Made by a program: the position numbers and the translations under genes | DNA from: Octopus sinensis | Lineage: Eukaryota | Assembly: GCF_006345805.1 (NCBI RefSeq) | Contig: NC_043007.1 | Span: forward strand, 44,082,001-44,146,000 | Direction of reading: 5' to 3' | DNA length: 64,000 nt | The notes under the pieces: generated by a model | Database searches by the model: none | Seen by the model: the letters and a program-made list of their open reading frames with translations, nothing else | Told to the model about the DNA's origin: nothing | Shown: piece after piece, positions 50,906 to 63,847 of the stretch | Layout of the letters: every line of letters begins with the position of its first letter | Position numbering within the stretch: position 1 is the stretch's first letter

Positions 50906-52560
50906 TAAATTTACAAAAATAAAAGATGGAGACAGGTGTAGGAACAACAAGTAGGTGTATTAGTTTACTGTTCAGGAAGAATGAAAAAGTCTTTTATGTT
51001 TTGAGCGCCTATGCTCTTTCGACAGAAAGGATTAAGAAGGAAGAAAATGGAGAGAGAATGAAAAAGACAGAGAAAAGCATACAGAGTTCAATGGTCCAAC
51101 GTGGCGAAATGACTGGAATAAAGAGGCTGAATGAAAGGGAGATATGAATAATAATGATAACAGTAACAGTGACCCCAAAGAACTAAGGTGTGCAAGCGCA
51201 TGTGTGTATGTAAGAATGGTGTGTATGTGTGAATGGGGGCGAGTGTGTGTATGGATGTGTGTACCTGTGTGAGGCTGTGTGTGTGTGTGTGTTATGTGTA
51301 GCAGTTGATGTGTGCTTGTTCAGTTGGTGTGTGTAACCAAATAGTGTATATGTGTATAGTGTATGTTTGTGAGTGAAAGTTATGTGTTGTGTGTGTGTAT
51401 ATATTGTCTGTGTTCAGGTATTATGTGCTTGTATGAGTATGGGAGTGTGCATGATTGTGTGTGGTATGTGTACTGAGTTAAAGAGTGTGTGGGACTGCTC
51501 ATATTGTGGTATGTGTGGTGACACTATTGAAGATTATGTGTGGTTTGGGTACTGAGAAGTGTTTAGTGCTAGTGTATGGAGTGGGAAGGTGTTTGTGGGT
51601 GTGTGTGTGTAATGATGTGTGAAGTGAGTAATGCATTGAACAGTGTGAATGGGTGTTTGTATAGTTGTGTGTGTGTATGTGGTGAGGGTACTGAGGTAGG
51701 TGTGCAAGTATGTAGGTAGAGTGGGTGCAATTGTATGTGGGAATCCGTGTGGGGTTGGTGTCAGATGAAGAGAGTGAGTTGAGCCCATATGGCGCAAAGG
51801 AACAAAGAGAAAAAATTAATTCTTGTTCACGGTGATGGCAGGAGTCTAGATAGCCCTTGTGCAGAGACATTCAGAACACAGACACATGTTGTAGTGAATG
51901 TATGGTAGAGTGGAAGGAGTGTGAGACTGGGGTGTCATTGCTAAGTCTGATGTCTCGGAGATGTTCCACGAACTGGTCAGCCAAGCAACACCCCATTTAA
52001 CCAATGTACAGGGAAGGACAGAGAGAGCAGAAGGTGCAGTAAATAACATTACTGGAGGTGCATATAAAGGAGTCAGTGACATGATAAGGATGGTGATGGG
52101 TGCCAGTGAAGATGATGGTGTTGGAGAGGTAGGGACAGGTTTGACAGCATGGGTGAGAGCAGGGGAATGAGCCAGGTTGGGAAGGAGGGGTGGGAAAAAA
52201 CTGTGGACCAGGAGATCATGCAGGTTATGGGCTCATTTGAAGGAAGGAAGCAGTAGGTTAGGGAAGATGTGCAGGGTGGAGGAATTGGACTGGAACCGCC
52301 AGAAGGCTTGGAGAAAGGTGTGATGGAGGGGTGATAGGTGAGGGGAAATGGGATATGGGTAAGGGTGGGGCAGGTGTGAGGAGAAAGAGCAGAAGCACAG
52401 TCCACAGATCATACCCTTGCAAGGGCAGTGTGGATAATGGTGAGGCGATATCCATGTAGGATGAAGTGGCAAGCCATGAGTTGAGACTGAGTTTCAAAGT
52501 CATGGTCATCACTGCAGTCTGCATAGACAGAGGAATTGAGAGGAGGGGATAGAGACTTTG
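50905..52560 (-). mobile_element. Penelope-like element fragment including the GIY-YIG endonuclease
   Basis: The minus strand gives SSNVIYCTFCSLCPSLYIG (GIY-YIG) ... HREQELIFSLCSFAPYGLN. Its 3' end is homologous to 49440-49565. Confidence 0.85.
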
Positions 52561-52921
52561 ATGACCCAATATATATATAAATATACAGGCTTCTTTTTCA
52601 GTTTCCATCTACCAAATCCGCTCACAATGCTTTGGTTGGCCCAAGGCTATAGTAGAAGTCACTCACCCGGAACCATGTGGTTGGGAAGCAAGTTTCTTAC
52701 CATACAGCCACAAAAGATGCGTTGAAAGGGAGTGGAGTTTATGAGGACTTCAAGTTATAAAGTTAATGATGAGTGATAGTAAAGCTGGTGCAAAACAAGA
52801 GTTAGTTTGAATAAGATGCATTCAAGAATAGTCTCCTGTTGGAGAGGAAACTACAGGTGTTGCTAATTAGTTCTTAGCTTTGAGTAGATACCTTTGTCTT
52901 ATAGTTGATCTAAGAGACACT

Positions 52922-53105
52922 TTTAACCCTTTAGCATTCAGATTATTCTGCCAAAAGTAATGCTTTGAATTAATCAAGTATTGTCTTCTAGCTTTGAGAT
53001 TGTTTATTATTAGAAGGACATTGTAGGATAGGTGTGAGAGGCTGCATCTGAACATAAAACAGAATATTGAGCCAGAAATGGCTGATTTCAAAGCTAGAGT
53101 GTTAA
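52922..53105. mobile_element. piggyBac-like MITE
   Basis: Ends TTAA|ccctttagcatt ... aagctagagtg|TTAA. Confidence 0.55.
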
Positions 53106-53298
53106 GCCTTGAAGGTATTGACAAAGTTAGGTATATATGAATGACCCTGAGAGCAGTTTAGACCATTTATGAAGTTGTTGAAAGCTGGAATCTTCAATCA
53201 ATTCAGTCAAGAATTGAGACAAAAGACTTCGTTCTCAATTCTGATTTATTGACCATAATCCTTAAAATCAATCAAACAAAAGCCAGCATCGTAATTCC

Positions 53299-53534
53299 TA
53301 ACCCTTAGAACCCATGAGTATACTTCAGCAGGTGTAATTTTATTTGGCTGTACTCCTGGAAGATGCAAAAGAGGGCAGTCACATAGTTTTGTGTTTACTG
53401 CTTGTTAATTGACAGAAACATTATTTTCAACCAGAAAAGCACAAACCCATGTGACCACCTGTTTTTGCATCTTCCAAGGATTATAATCAAATGAAATCAC
53501 CCACTCAATTGTACTCTTGGGCTCAAAGGTTTAA
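53299..53534. mobile_element. Palindromic piggyBac-like MITE
   Basis: Ends taacccttagaacccatgagta ... tactcttgggctcaaaggtttaa. Internal arms ggaagatgcaaaa / ttttgcatcttcc and gtcacat / atgtgac. Confidence 0.7.
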
Positions 53535-53805
53535 TGTGGAATATGTCAACTAACAGCTTAAATTTTGAACATTTGAAGAGTAAGGTTATGAAAAAGACCT
53601 AAAGATGAATATGCTCACAACCATTGGCAAAGAACATTGAATTGTATGTTAGTGAAGTCGAAGTTTTAGAAGAATGTTGCACAGATTTATTATTGGAAGA
53701 AATTGTTGTTTAGGATTTATTAAACAAACTTAAGGTTAAATAGATTCCAACCACAACCAGTCTCATGATTCTTTTTTTAATTTTATTTATGTATTTTTTT
53801 TCCAG

Positions 53806-53952
53806 ATATTTGACCCGTCCATCATACATGACTGGACATGGGTTATATGATCCAACAACAATCATGAATGCTGATGAACTATCTCGTGCCATGAAAGAAG
53901 GATGGGTTAAAATGGCCTTCTACTTGCTGTCATTTTTTTATTATTTATACAG
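53806..53952 (+). CDS. CNIH1: Cornichon exon 4
   Basis: Structure is ttttccag|(R)YLTRPSYMTGHGLYDPTTIMNADELSRAMKEGWVKMAFYLLSFFYYLY(ag)|gtaaga (147 nt). Confidence 0.96.
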
Positions 53953-55004
53953 GTAAGAAACAACAAAACAAAAACATGCAAAACTTACTAATAATATTTT
54001 TCAAACTTTGGTACAATTGCTAGAACATCAGAAAAAAACATCTCTCAGTATTTATTTACATTTTCTTTTTTTATGTAAGTGCTGACCACTTAAAGTGAAA
54101 GGAAGTCGTGGAAGAGGGAGACCCAGGAAGACATGGGATGAAATATTGAAGGCTGATCTCAAAACGCTGAACTTTTTGAAGGAGATGACAGAGGACTGAG
54201 ATATGTGGTGCATTGCTGTACTTGAGAAAACCCATCCACTACAACAGAATTGGGATCCTAAAACCAAGGTGCCATGTAAAAAGCATTGGTGTGGGTACTG
54301 CTGCTACTTAAAAGGCACTGGTGATGGTTCCACATAAAAAGCACCCATTATACTCTGTGGAGTGGTTGGTGTTAGGAAGGGCATCCAGCCAAAGAAACCA
54401 AGCTTAAACAGACGATGGGACCTGGTGCAGCACCTGGCCTTGCCAGTTCCCATCTAGCTGTCCAACCCATGTGAGCATGGAAAATGGATGTTAAATGTTG
54501 AATGTTGTTATTCCAACTTTACTGGTCATCTTTCTGGGAGTGGATTAAATAAAGTTACTTAAGTAGCAGAGCTGATTTAATCCACTTTCCCATATGCCCA
54601 TATTTGTACCAATATTAGAAATATTTTTCATGCATGATATATACAGCACAGCTGTGTGGTAAGAAGCTTGCTTCCTAACCACATGGTTCCGGGTTCAGTC
54701 CCAATGAGTGGCACCTTGAGTAAGTTTCTCCTAGTATAGCCTCAGGTGGACCAAAGCTTTATAAGTGGATTTGCTAGACGGAAACTAAAAGAAGCCCATC
54801 ATATATGTGTGTTTGTGTCTGTTTGTCCCCTACCACTACTTGCCAACTAGTGTTGGTGTGTTTATATCCCTATAACTTAGCAGTTCAGCAAAAAGAAATA
54901 AGTACTAGGGTTGATTCATTGGACTGGAAACTCTTCAAGGCGGTGCCTCAGCATGCCTGTAGTCTAATGACTGAATGAAGTAAAAGATAGAAAATATATA
55001 TATA

Positions 55005-56518
55005 CTAGCAGTATCGCCCGGCGTTGCTCGGGTTTGTTTCGACCCGCTGGAATTGTAATTTTGAAAAGTAAAAATTTTGTGAACATTTTTCTGGTCGAAA
55101 TATACCGAAAAGTGGCGACACAGCAGTGAAAAAATCGTAAAAAATAGGGATTTTCATAGAAAAAAGCAGCTTTTTGATGTAAATAATTTTTGGTGTTAAC
55201 ATGGTCCGATTTGAATTTTATGTTCTACGGAAGGAAGAGCAACCCTTCTATCATACTCTCAATTTTGGTCAACTTGCGCCGCAGGGTCTCGGAGGAGATA
55301 GTGTTAGTTGAAGATTACCAAACGTGGCGCACACAGACAACTTCAGCTTTATATAGAGATAACACACACACATTAATACACATACATAGACACACACACA
55401 CATGTATGTATGGATGTATATATGTACATCTGTCCACTTCTTGCAATATTTTTATCCTTCACTTCCTACACACACACACACGTGCACGCACACACACACC
55501 TTCTTAGCTTACAATTTCTTTCTGTCAACAATTGACAACAGAAGTACGCTCGCCAATTAATACTACCAAAATTTAACGACAGAAAGTAAATTAAAAACCA
55601 ATTTACCTTTTCTGTATCGTTATGGCAATCCGACCGTCGGTGTGTTTTTGCAAATGTGTTCGAAGTGAGTTGTGTTTGGCGCCTTTTTTACTAATAACAA
55701 ACACATGTGTGTTTGTATGTAGTTGTTTGATATGTATGTGTATGTGTGTGTGTGAGGAATGGCAAACCAGATAGATAGCGCGCGAAGTTCTTTTGAAGTT
55801 TGCGCTCCGCTTGTGTGTGTGCGTGCTTTAGGTACACAGCACAACATTACTCTCTCTGTCTCTTTACACACACTAACAAAAGCACTTCACTTAACACACC
55901 ACACTTTCTGTGTCGCACACCCCATCAAACACACACACACATGTACATCAATGCTTTCGGAGTGAAATGTTAAAATATTGAGTTTTCTCGAATTTTGTCT
56001 TAATTGGGGGTGAAATTGAAAGAAATTTTGTATGGCATGACCGAATGGAAGTACTTGTAAAAATCATAGGTAAGCTGTAATTGAAGAAATTGTGTGAGGA
56101 GTAAATCGTTATGTATTTATTTGTTTCTGTTTGCTGTTTTTTTTTTTTGAGTAGTGGTTTAAGGTACACTTCTCTCGTTTTATAGAAATAGTTTCACTTT
56201 AATCGTTGCACACTTGCAAAGAGAAAGGAGTAGAAATTAGGGTGATAGCGTGAGTGAAGCAGATCGCTCCGTTTTTGTGTGTGTGTGTGCGTGTGCTGTA
56301 GCTCACACTAAGAAAAGCACTTGACTTACACACCACAATGTGAGTTTTCTCTAAATTTTGCTTAATTGGGGTTGAAATTTTAAAAACTGGACCTGGCACG
56401 ACCCGATTTATTCTACTCTTAAAAATGCTTGGTAAATTGTAATTGAAGAAATCCTATATTGTAGATTTCTATAAGAGACAAAGGGAGGCAGATAAAATCT
56501 GCCTTTTATAATAAGAGA
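55005..56518 (-). mobile_element. Non-autonomous composite Helitron-like element in CNIH intron 4
   Basis: The minus-strand 3' end CTAG at 55005-55008 has a subterminal GC hairpin (cccg...cggg). TC 5' ends occur at 55359 and 56518. The interior is CpG-rich and contains microsatellites. Confidence 0.65.
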
Positions 56519-57155
56519 TATATATATATACGGTATGAGAGGTATTGGTGTCAAGAAAACCCAAAGGTAATGCTAAGTGCTATGGACAGACTATAGTTAA
56601 GCTCCAGGTTCAGTAATGATACGAACGAGGAGTCCAAAGTAGGTTGTGTATTAGCAAGCCTATTTATAAAAATTGACAGAATGAGATAAAAAATCCAAGG
56701 CTGTGAATAGTTTTCAGAACATTTGTAAAGAAAAGGTTTTACAGCTGTTTCTGGGATATAACCTAGCTTGTCATAAATAGCTAAAAGGGTGGTTTCACAT
56801 CATAAACTGTTCAATCTATGTACACCACCATAGAAAGGTAAATGTATTCTCTCAAAGTACCTACATGTAGAGCAGTGTGTAGGTTGATTGAAAGTTAACT
56901 GCCTTGACCAAACATAATGCATTATTAGTGACAATAGAAATCACCAAAGTTAGTTTTCCAGGTAATATACTAGTGTGACGGAAAATGTGTCATTATAAAA
57001 TATACATAACAGAATCTATTAAAATTTCACCCAGCTTTTATGCTATCATAAAAAAACAACAAAAAATGTATATAGAGCAGTAATTATATTTCCTGAAAAA
57101 ACTGATGATTGATAAAGATTGCTAATCTTAAGTTCCTATTTTCTTTTTTTTACAG

Positions 57156-57183
57156 TATGATCTATGTATTGGTATCTTCATGA
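57156..57183 (+). CDS. CNIH1: Cornichon terminal exon
   Basis: Structure is ttttttacag|(S)MIYVLVSS*, matching the human CNIH1 end MIYVLVSS. The total CDS is 438 nt (145 aa plus stop). Confidence 0.95.
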
Positions 57184-59132
57184 AGAACAGAAAAGCATAC
57201 CTATCAGGCCCACACAGAAATAGTGGCAAAATTGTGATGAAAAAGTGCATACTTCCCAGCGTGTTACCTTTTTTTTGTTTTCAATTCCTTATTCACCTCA
57301 GTTTTATTTTTCACCCTTGAAATTTCTTTCTCTTCAAATATCTAAGTTAAGTTATTCTGCTCTGCATTGATTTAATTCTCTTAAAATATGGCTGTCAACA
57401 TTTAGCATATTTTGATATTTATTTGAACATAATGCAATAGGTGAAAAATGAGGAATTTTTTTTTGATTTTATTAACATTTCACAAGTTTCTACCACCATC
57501 AAGAACAAATAATTAAATGAAGTATCCCTAACCCTCTTCCAAAACAAGGCAGATGAATGATCTAAAAGTAACGTTTTATAAAATCTTCAAGATGATATGG
57601 TTATTTTTAAGATGTAGACATTGTTGGATTTTTATCTGTAATAATCTGACATTGTTGCAAGAATGATAGCTTTAGCATAAAAAGAAAAAAAATGCTAAAT
57701 ATCTTTGGACATTGGTACAATTTCACTTTCATTTTGAAGAAAATCACATTGCTAAAATGATGCTGAATTGGAAAAGCACTAAAACATCTGGGGAAGTTAT
57801 TAATATTCTTTCAATATCCCTCAAGGCATAAAGAAAAGAAAATAGTAAAACTCTCCTGTCCATTTTGTACTAATATGTTTTCTTGTCCTAATTTAAAACA
57901 TTAAAATTATTCATTAATAATAGCTGATTTTTGTGTTTGCTATTTTTGTACACTTTTTACTAATACACTTTCTCCTTCATGAAAAATTATTCAGTGAAAA
58001 TTTAGATTTAACTCAAATGAGATTCTACTTCATCTTGAAGTTAAAATTAATGACCCAAAAGAATTGATAATTTGTAGTGCCTGATATTTGATTTCTAGAA
58101 AGCTCTTTTTTTCTTCTATTTTCTAACTTGCAATTCAACAAGTTGATCTCATTACCTAGATCAATAAACCTATGGTAAAGATTTAAAAAATGCAGTATTA
58201 ATATTTGTTCAGTTTAACTATTCTTGCTACATTTAAACTAATCATCCAGCCCAGAAAGCCCATGAACAATACAGCATTGAAAATATGATCAAAGAGATAA
58301 AGAAAAATTAAGAAAACAACACACGCTTTTGTATTTCTTTTTTTTATATTTGCACTTATTTTATTTATATTTAAAATTTCCAAGCCATTGAGATATATAT
58401 AGTTTTGAAAAAACAAGTATTTGCATAATTTATAGCAAATTTTTTTTATAAATGCTCATTATCTAGTAAGAAGGGATCTAGCAGATTTTCCTGTTTGTCT
58501 GACTAAGACAAATTAATGTAATCTTCAACATGGTAATGTTTACAGTAGGATATGCTTAAATTGCAATTTGAAACAAACCACTATGTCACATTGTGGCTCA
58601 TAATTAATGGCAGCTGAATCTACCAAAATTAATGTTATGACATATTTATCATAGATATGAAATTTACATGTTCATTTTAGTATGTATGCAACTTATTAAT
58701 TCTTTAAAATTTCTATAATTTTTTCCCCTTTTATGTGGCTCATAATCAACAGCAGATGAATATACCAAAATTTATATATGTAATTACACAACTATCATTA
58801 ATCGTAATTACACATTAATTTAGTAATTGTGCAAATTATTAATTATTGGATGACATTTTCCTTTTAAGTGCTTCTAAACTTGACTTGAAAATTTTTTTCT
58901 GGATCTCTTGATTCAGTCTGCAAAAATAATGTAAAATTTAATTATAAACTGAAGAAATGAAAACTTACATCAAATTAAAAGGTTAAATCATTAATGATAG
59001 TTAATATTATAGTTATTCCATAGGGAAATGTTGCTAATCCCCAACTTACTTAATATCACCTTCTCAGCAAAGTTGAGCACTTTATACTTAAATACAGTTC
59101 ATCATCTGGTACTGTCAGTAGTAGGCCAGCGC

Positions 59133-59187
59133 TCATTGCTCTTTCAGGTCATTCAGGAGTGGAAGTAGGTTATAGTTATCTTCCAAG
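59133..59187 (-). CDS. Candidate terminal exon of the unidentified minus-strand gene
   Basis: Structure is gctttcag|(S)LEDNYNLLPLLNDLKEQ*, which is phase-2 compatible with exon 61362-61558. There is no homology support, and other acceptors are possible. Confidence 0.3.
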
Positions 59188-61361
59188 CTGAAAGCTTGCA
59201 AAAGAGTGCTCTTTGTTGAAAATAATGTAAGGCCAAGGAATAATTTAACTGGGTGAGGAATTCAATCTACCATCTTAAAACTGTCCATCTGATGGGTTTC
59301 CACAGTTTCCATCTACCAAACTTCACATACACAACTTTGGTTGACCTGCAGTTATAGAAGATGCTTAGCTAAAGTGCCATGCATTTGGGTTGGACCTGAA
59401 ACCATGTAGTTGTTTACTAATAGAACTTCTTAGCAACTACTCTTCTTCAGGTCATCATCAACATCCACTTTTCCATACTTGAATGGGCCAGACACAATTC
59501 CTGTCACCAATCCTCACCTATTTCCAAGCTAGGTTAATATTAACCCATGGCCAAGCATTGTGCAATGTCAAGAAAAAAGACATGCACACACACAGAGACA
59601 TTGGTCTTTTTTTCAGTTTTCATCTACCAAATCCACTCACAAGAGTTTGGTTGACATGGGGCTGTAAAAGACATTTGCTCAAGATGCCATGTAGCAGGAC
59701 TGAACCTTGCCACATAGTGGTAAGCTGATAAGCTACAACTTCTTTGACTGAATTTCATCGTAAAATGGACTAGTGGTTGGTGATAATACAATTTCCTATA
59801 TTCTAACCATCTCTGCAGTAGTTTGATAACTGAAGACACATTTTGTTTATAGGAGGGTTTCAGTTCAGCATTACATGCTAACTAAACATACAGTAATTAT
59901 ATAATGCTGTGTCTTCAAGAAGATGCTTTACTCACATGTCAACATTGTACCATAGAACTAGGGGCAACCTAGTGCTAAATTATATGTGCCTCTAATGTAG
60001 CAGTTAACTGGAGAATAAAGGGCAACATAATTTGCATGAGAGCATGTTTGGCAGGCAGTAACCAACAAGATTAGAAAACCAGACTGATATAATATGGTTA
60101 AAGAGAATCCAACTACCATTGTCTCACACAAGATTGGGCAATAAACTGCACTTGTGAAGACCTGTTGAGTCAAGTGAAGTCATTGTTGTGGCTGATGACT
60201 ACTATCTGATTGGCATGTAAAAAGCACCATTTGAACATGATCAATATCAGTGCCACCGAACTGGCTCCTGTGCTGGTAGCATGTAAAAAGCACCATTAAA
60301 GCGTGGTCAATGCCAGTGTCACCTGACTGGCCCACTACACTCTCAGAGTGGTTAATGTTAGGAAGGGCATCCAGCTGTAGAAACTCTGCCAGATCAGATT
60401 GGAGTTTGGTGCAGCCTTCTAGCTTGCCAGCCCTCAATCAAACCGTCCAACCCATGCCAGCATGGAAAGTGGACGTTAAACAACAATGATGATGATGAGT
60501 ATCAAACCCATGACAATGATTTCCAAATAACTTTTTCATTAATTAAATCTTTTTTAATATATTTTGTAAAATTATCATTATCCTCAGCACATTCATTTTG
60601 TTCCTTTAAGTGTGGAATCTATTTGAGATCTTCATTTTCTAGCTGAGAGATGAACAGTTTTTAACTCAGCCAAACGTTATCACATAAAAGGGGGTTTTCT
60701 TTGAGTAGCTCATTTTTCTCTACTAAAAACTTGCTACAGTTTTTTTTCAGTTTTCACAGAAGGGATGACAGGGGACTAAGACTCCTGGTAATTTGCTGTG
60801 CTTGAAAAGACATGTCAAGCTAAGTAAAATCATGGTTGTCTTGCATTCAGGCATATACCCTGCATTCTTCTCCAGCTGAGTTCCTAATCTTGTGGGATCA
60901 TGGGTGTTGTGCCATGTAAAAAGCACCCAGTACACTCTATAAAGTAGTTGGTGTTGGGAAGGGCATCCAGCTGTAAAAAGCATGCCAAAACAGACAAGGA
61001 GCCTGGGCAGCTCCTGTCAAGCCGTCCAACTCTGTCAGCATGGAAAATTGGAATGAAAGACTTGCTTGTTTGGCAGTGACACAAGTTTACATCTATCACA
61101 CAATGTCAAAACAAGGAGACAGAGGCCTAAACATGTATGTGCACGTGCACATACACAACAAAATTTTTTGTCTACCAAATCCACTCACAAGGCTTTGGTC
61201 TGCCAAAAGCTATAGTAGAGGACACTTAAGCAAGGTGCCCAACTGTGGGACAGAACCTGAAACTATGTGTTTGGGAAGCAAACTTCTTAATTGCATAGCC
61301 ATGTTTGTACCTTCGTATAACAAACTTTAAATTTAAACTAATTATATGTAAAAATACAAAC

Positions 61362-61558
61362 CTTTCCTCATAATATTTATAAAGCTCAAATGCTTGCCAC
61401 ACAAATAAAGCAGCTTTCCTGTGATTAGAGTCAATTTTCAAATTTTCAGACTGTATTTCTATGTCACCTGAACATTTTGAAGTCTTCTTTGTAGATTTTT
61501 CATATAATACTCTCACATCACCATTGAAAGGTTTTTCATTCATTTCATTGTAAAGAAT
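61362..61558 (-). CDS. Unidentified gene, internal exon
   Basis: Structure is ttttttgcaccacag|ILYNEMNEKPFNGDVRVLYEK...DSNHRKAALFVWQAFELYKYYEE(ag)|gtttgt (197 nt, phase 0-2). Confidence 0.7.
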
Positions 61559-62708
61559 CTGTGGTGCAAAAAATAACAAAATAGAAATAAAATTTGACCC
61601 TTATGGGAAGCTTGTGTATATGTGTGTGTTACGAAAACAGCAACATTTATTAAAAGGCATAATTATAAGCAAATTTATAATAAGATTTGTTGGGCAAGGG
61701 CACTAAAATATTGAAGTTGTACAGAGAATAGACAGTATGAAGTAGAATTAAGTTTTTCTGTGCCATTTTCACAACACACTGCTTAATTCCCACATAGAAT
61801 AGGGTTTAAAATTTCTCAAAGTTGTGAAATAAATGCCTTATAATCAGTGTTTAGTCAGTAATTAGTATCTCAGAATTCAGGAACGTATGCAATAGCAATG
61901 GTGGCTATGCGATAAGTTTGCTTCTCAACCACATGGTTCGGGTTCAGTCTCACTGTGTGGAACCTTGGACAAGTGTGTTTTACTATAGCTACAGGCCGAC
62001 CAAAGCCTTATGAGTGAATCTGGTAGAATGAAAGTGAAAGTAACCCACAGTATATATGTGTGTGTCAGTTTAAATCCCCATAATCTAGTAGTTTGGCAAA
62101 GAGACTAATTAAATAAGTACTAGTATATATATAAAAAAAGGGACTGGACTCACTTCATTTGACCAAAATCCTTCAAGGTGGTACCCCAGCATGGCTGGAG
62201 TCTAATGGCTAAATTGAGTAAAAGATGAAAGATATCCATAATTGCATGGATCAGATGGAATTCATTGAGACAAATCTTCTATGGCTGTATTCTCTTCCTG
62301 TCACTGACTATCGTCTATTTTCCAGCAAGGAAAGATTTCCCTATAGCCAGTCATGTTTTTACAGTAGGTTAGAAATGAAAGACACTGCTTGTATGAAAGT
62401 GACACTTGTTTACAACTCCTATATGATGTTAAGAGATGGAAACACAGACAGACACACACATACATATATGATGGGTTTCTTTCAGTTCCTATCTACCAAA
62501 TACACTTACAAGGCTTTGGTTGGCTTAGGTCTACAGTAGAAGACACTTGCCCAAGGTACCATGCAGTGGGACTGAACCCAAAACTACATGTTTGGAAAGT
62601 AGACTTAACTATTGAGTTATGCCTGACCTATATATTTACAAAATTACTGATGAAAGAAAACAAGAGTATTGTATTCAAAGAATTTTAAGCAAATAAATAT
62701 ATACGTAC

Positions 62709-62783
62709 CGAGAGATCCAGAACTTTTTGGAATTTTTTGATATCTAAATCCTTCATATTACTGCTGGTTGTTTGAGTTATTAA
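62709..62783 (-). CDS. Unidentified gene, internal exon
   Basis: Structure is aatcttttcag|LITQTTSSNMKDLDIKKFQKVLDLS|gtacgt (75 nt, phase 0-0), compatible with both neighbours. Confidence 0.65.
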
Positions 62784-63847
62784 CTGAAAAGATTAATTTT
62801 TGCAATTGATAAGAAGTGTTATATAATCTGTTGATATGAAACTAGTGTATTAATATTACAGCTTCCTTTGTCAGCCAACATATTACTGTTTTGATGGCAT
62901 ACTACCTTAGCAGGAACTGCAAGCTGTGTGCTGGTATGGTCATATAATACATATGAATAGAGAGTCACATCAAGAAATGCTAACTGTGGAGGGAATGTGT
63001 TGAAGCAGGAGCTCCAGGAGGACATGGGACTAAGTGGTAAGAAAGCACCTTCAGCTGTTGGACCTCAGAGGGGATGAATTCTGGTCCTTTGCTGTGCTTG
63101 AGAAAACTTAGTAAGTACATGGTTGTCCTTGCATACAGGCTTGTCCCCTGCATCCCTCTCCAGCCGAGCATTCTTAATTTTGCAGGCTTATGGGTGCTGG
63201 TGCCATGTAAAAAGCACCCATGCTGCTGCTGTGTAAAAGCACCCAGTACACTTTACAAAGTTCTTGGTGTTAGGAAGGGCATCCAGCCATAGAAACCATG
63301 CCAGAACAAACATGGAGTCTGAGCAGCTCTCCAGCTCCTATCAAATCATCCAACCTATGCCAGCATGGAAAATGGATGTTTGTTCAAAAAATATTCTGGG
63401 ATATATATGTAGGCCTACTGCATTTTAGATATTCATAAATTATAATTTTAATAATTATATAAGACCTTTCTACCCAACTTTTTTCACCTTCCTCTGACAA
63501 TGAAATTTTCAAGAGCAATGCAAAATATTGGAAGATATTAACTTCGTTAATCAAAGTGTTGATATATAATATAAAAACCACTACTTTACCACTCTAAACT
63601 AGAATGAAAACAAATATTGCTCACACTTTGTTAAAAAATAATAAGGAATTGCATTCATTTATTCAAAACTTGTTTCAACCAGAAAAAAATACCCTCAAAA
63701 CTCATCAATTTAAAAATTTCAAGTATATCTATCAAGAGTTATTTTAGAAAGAATGAGAGGGACTGAGGCAGTAGGATTTCTTTCAATGGTATTCAGTGGT
63801 GAGTCACACCAATAAACAGATGTGCTTTTAAAAAAATGATGCATTAC

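Noticed and set aside
58198-58416. 72-aa hydrophobic minus-strand ORF
   Set aside because: A chance ORF in AT-rich sequence with a TTG start and no supporting splice structure or homology.
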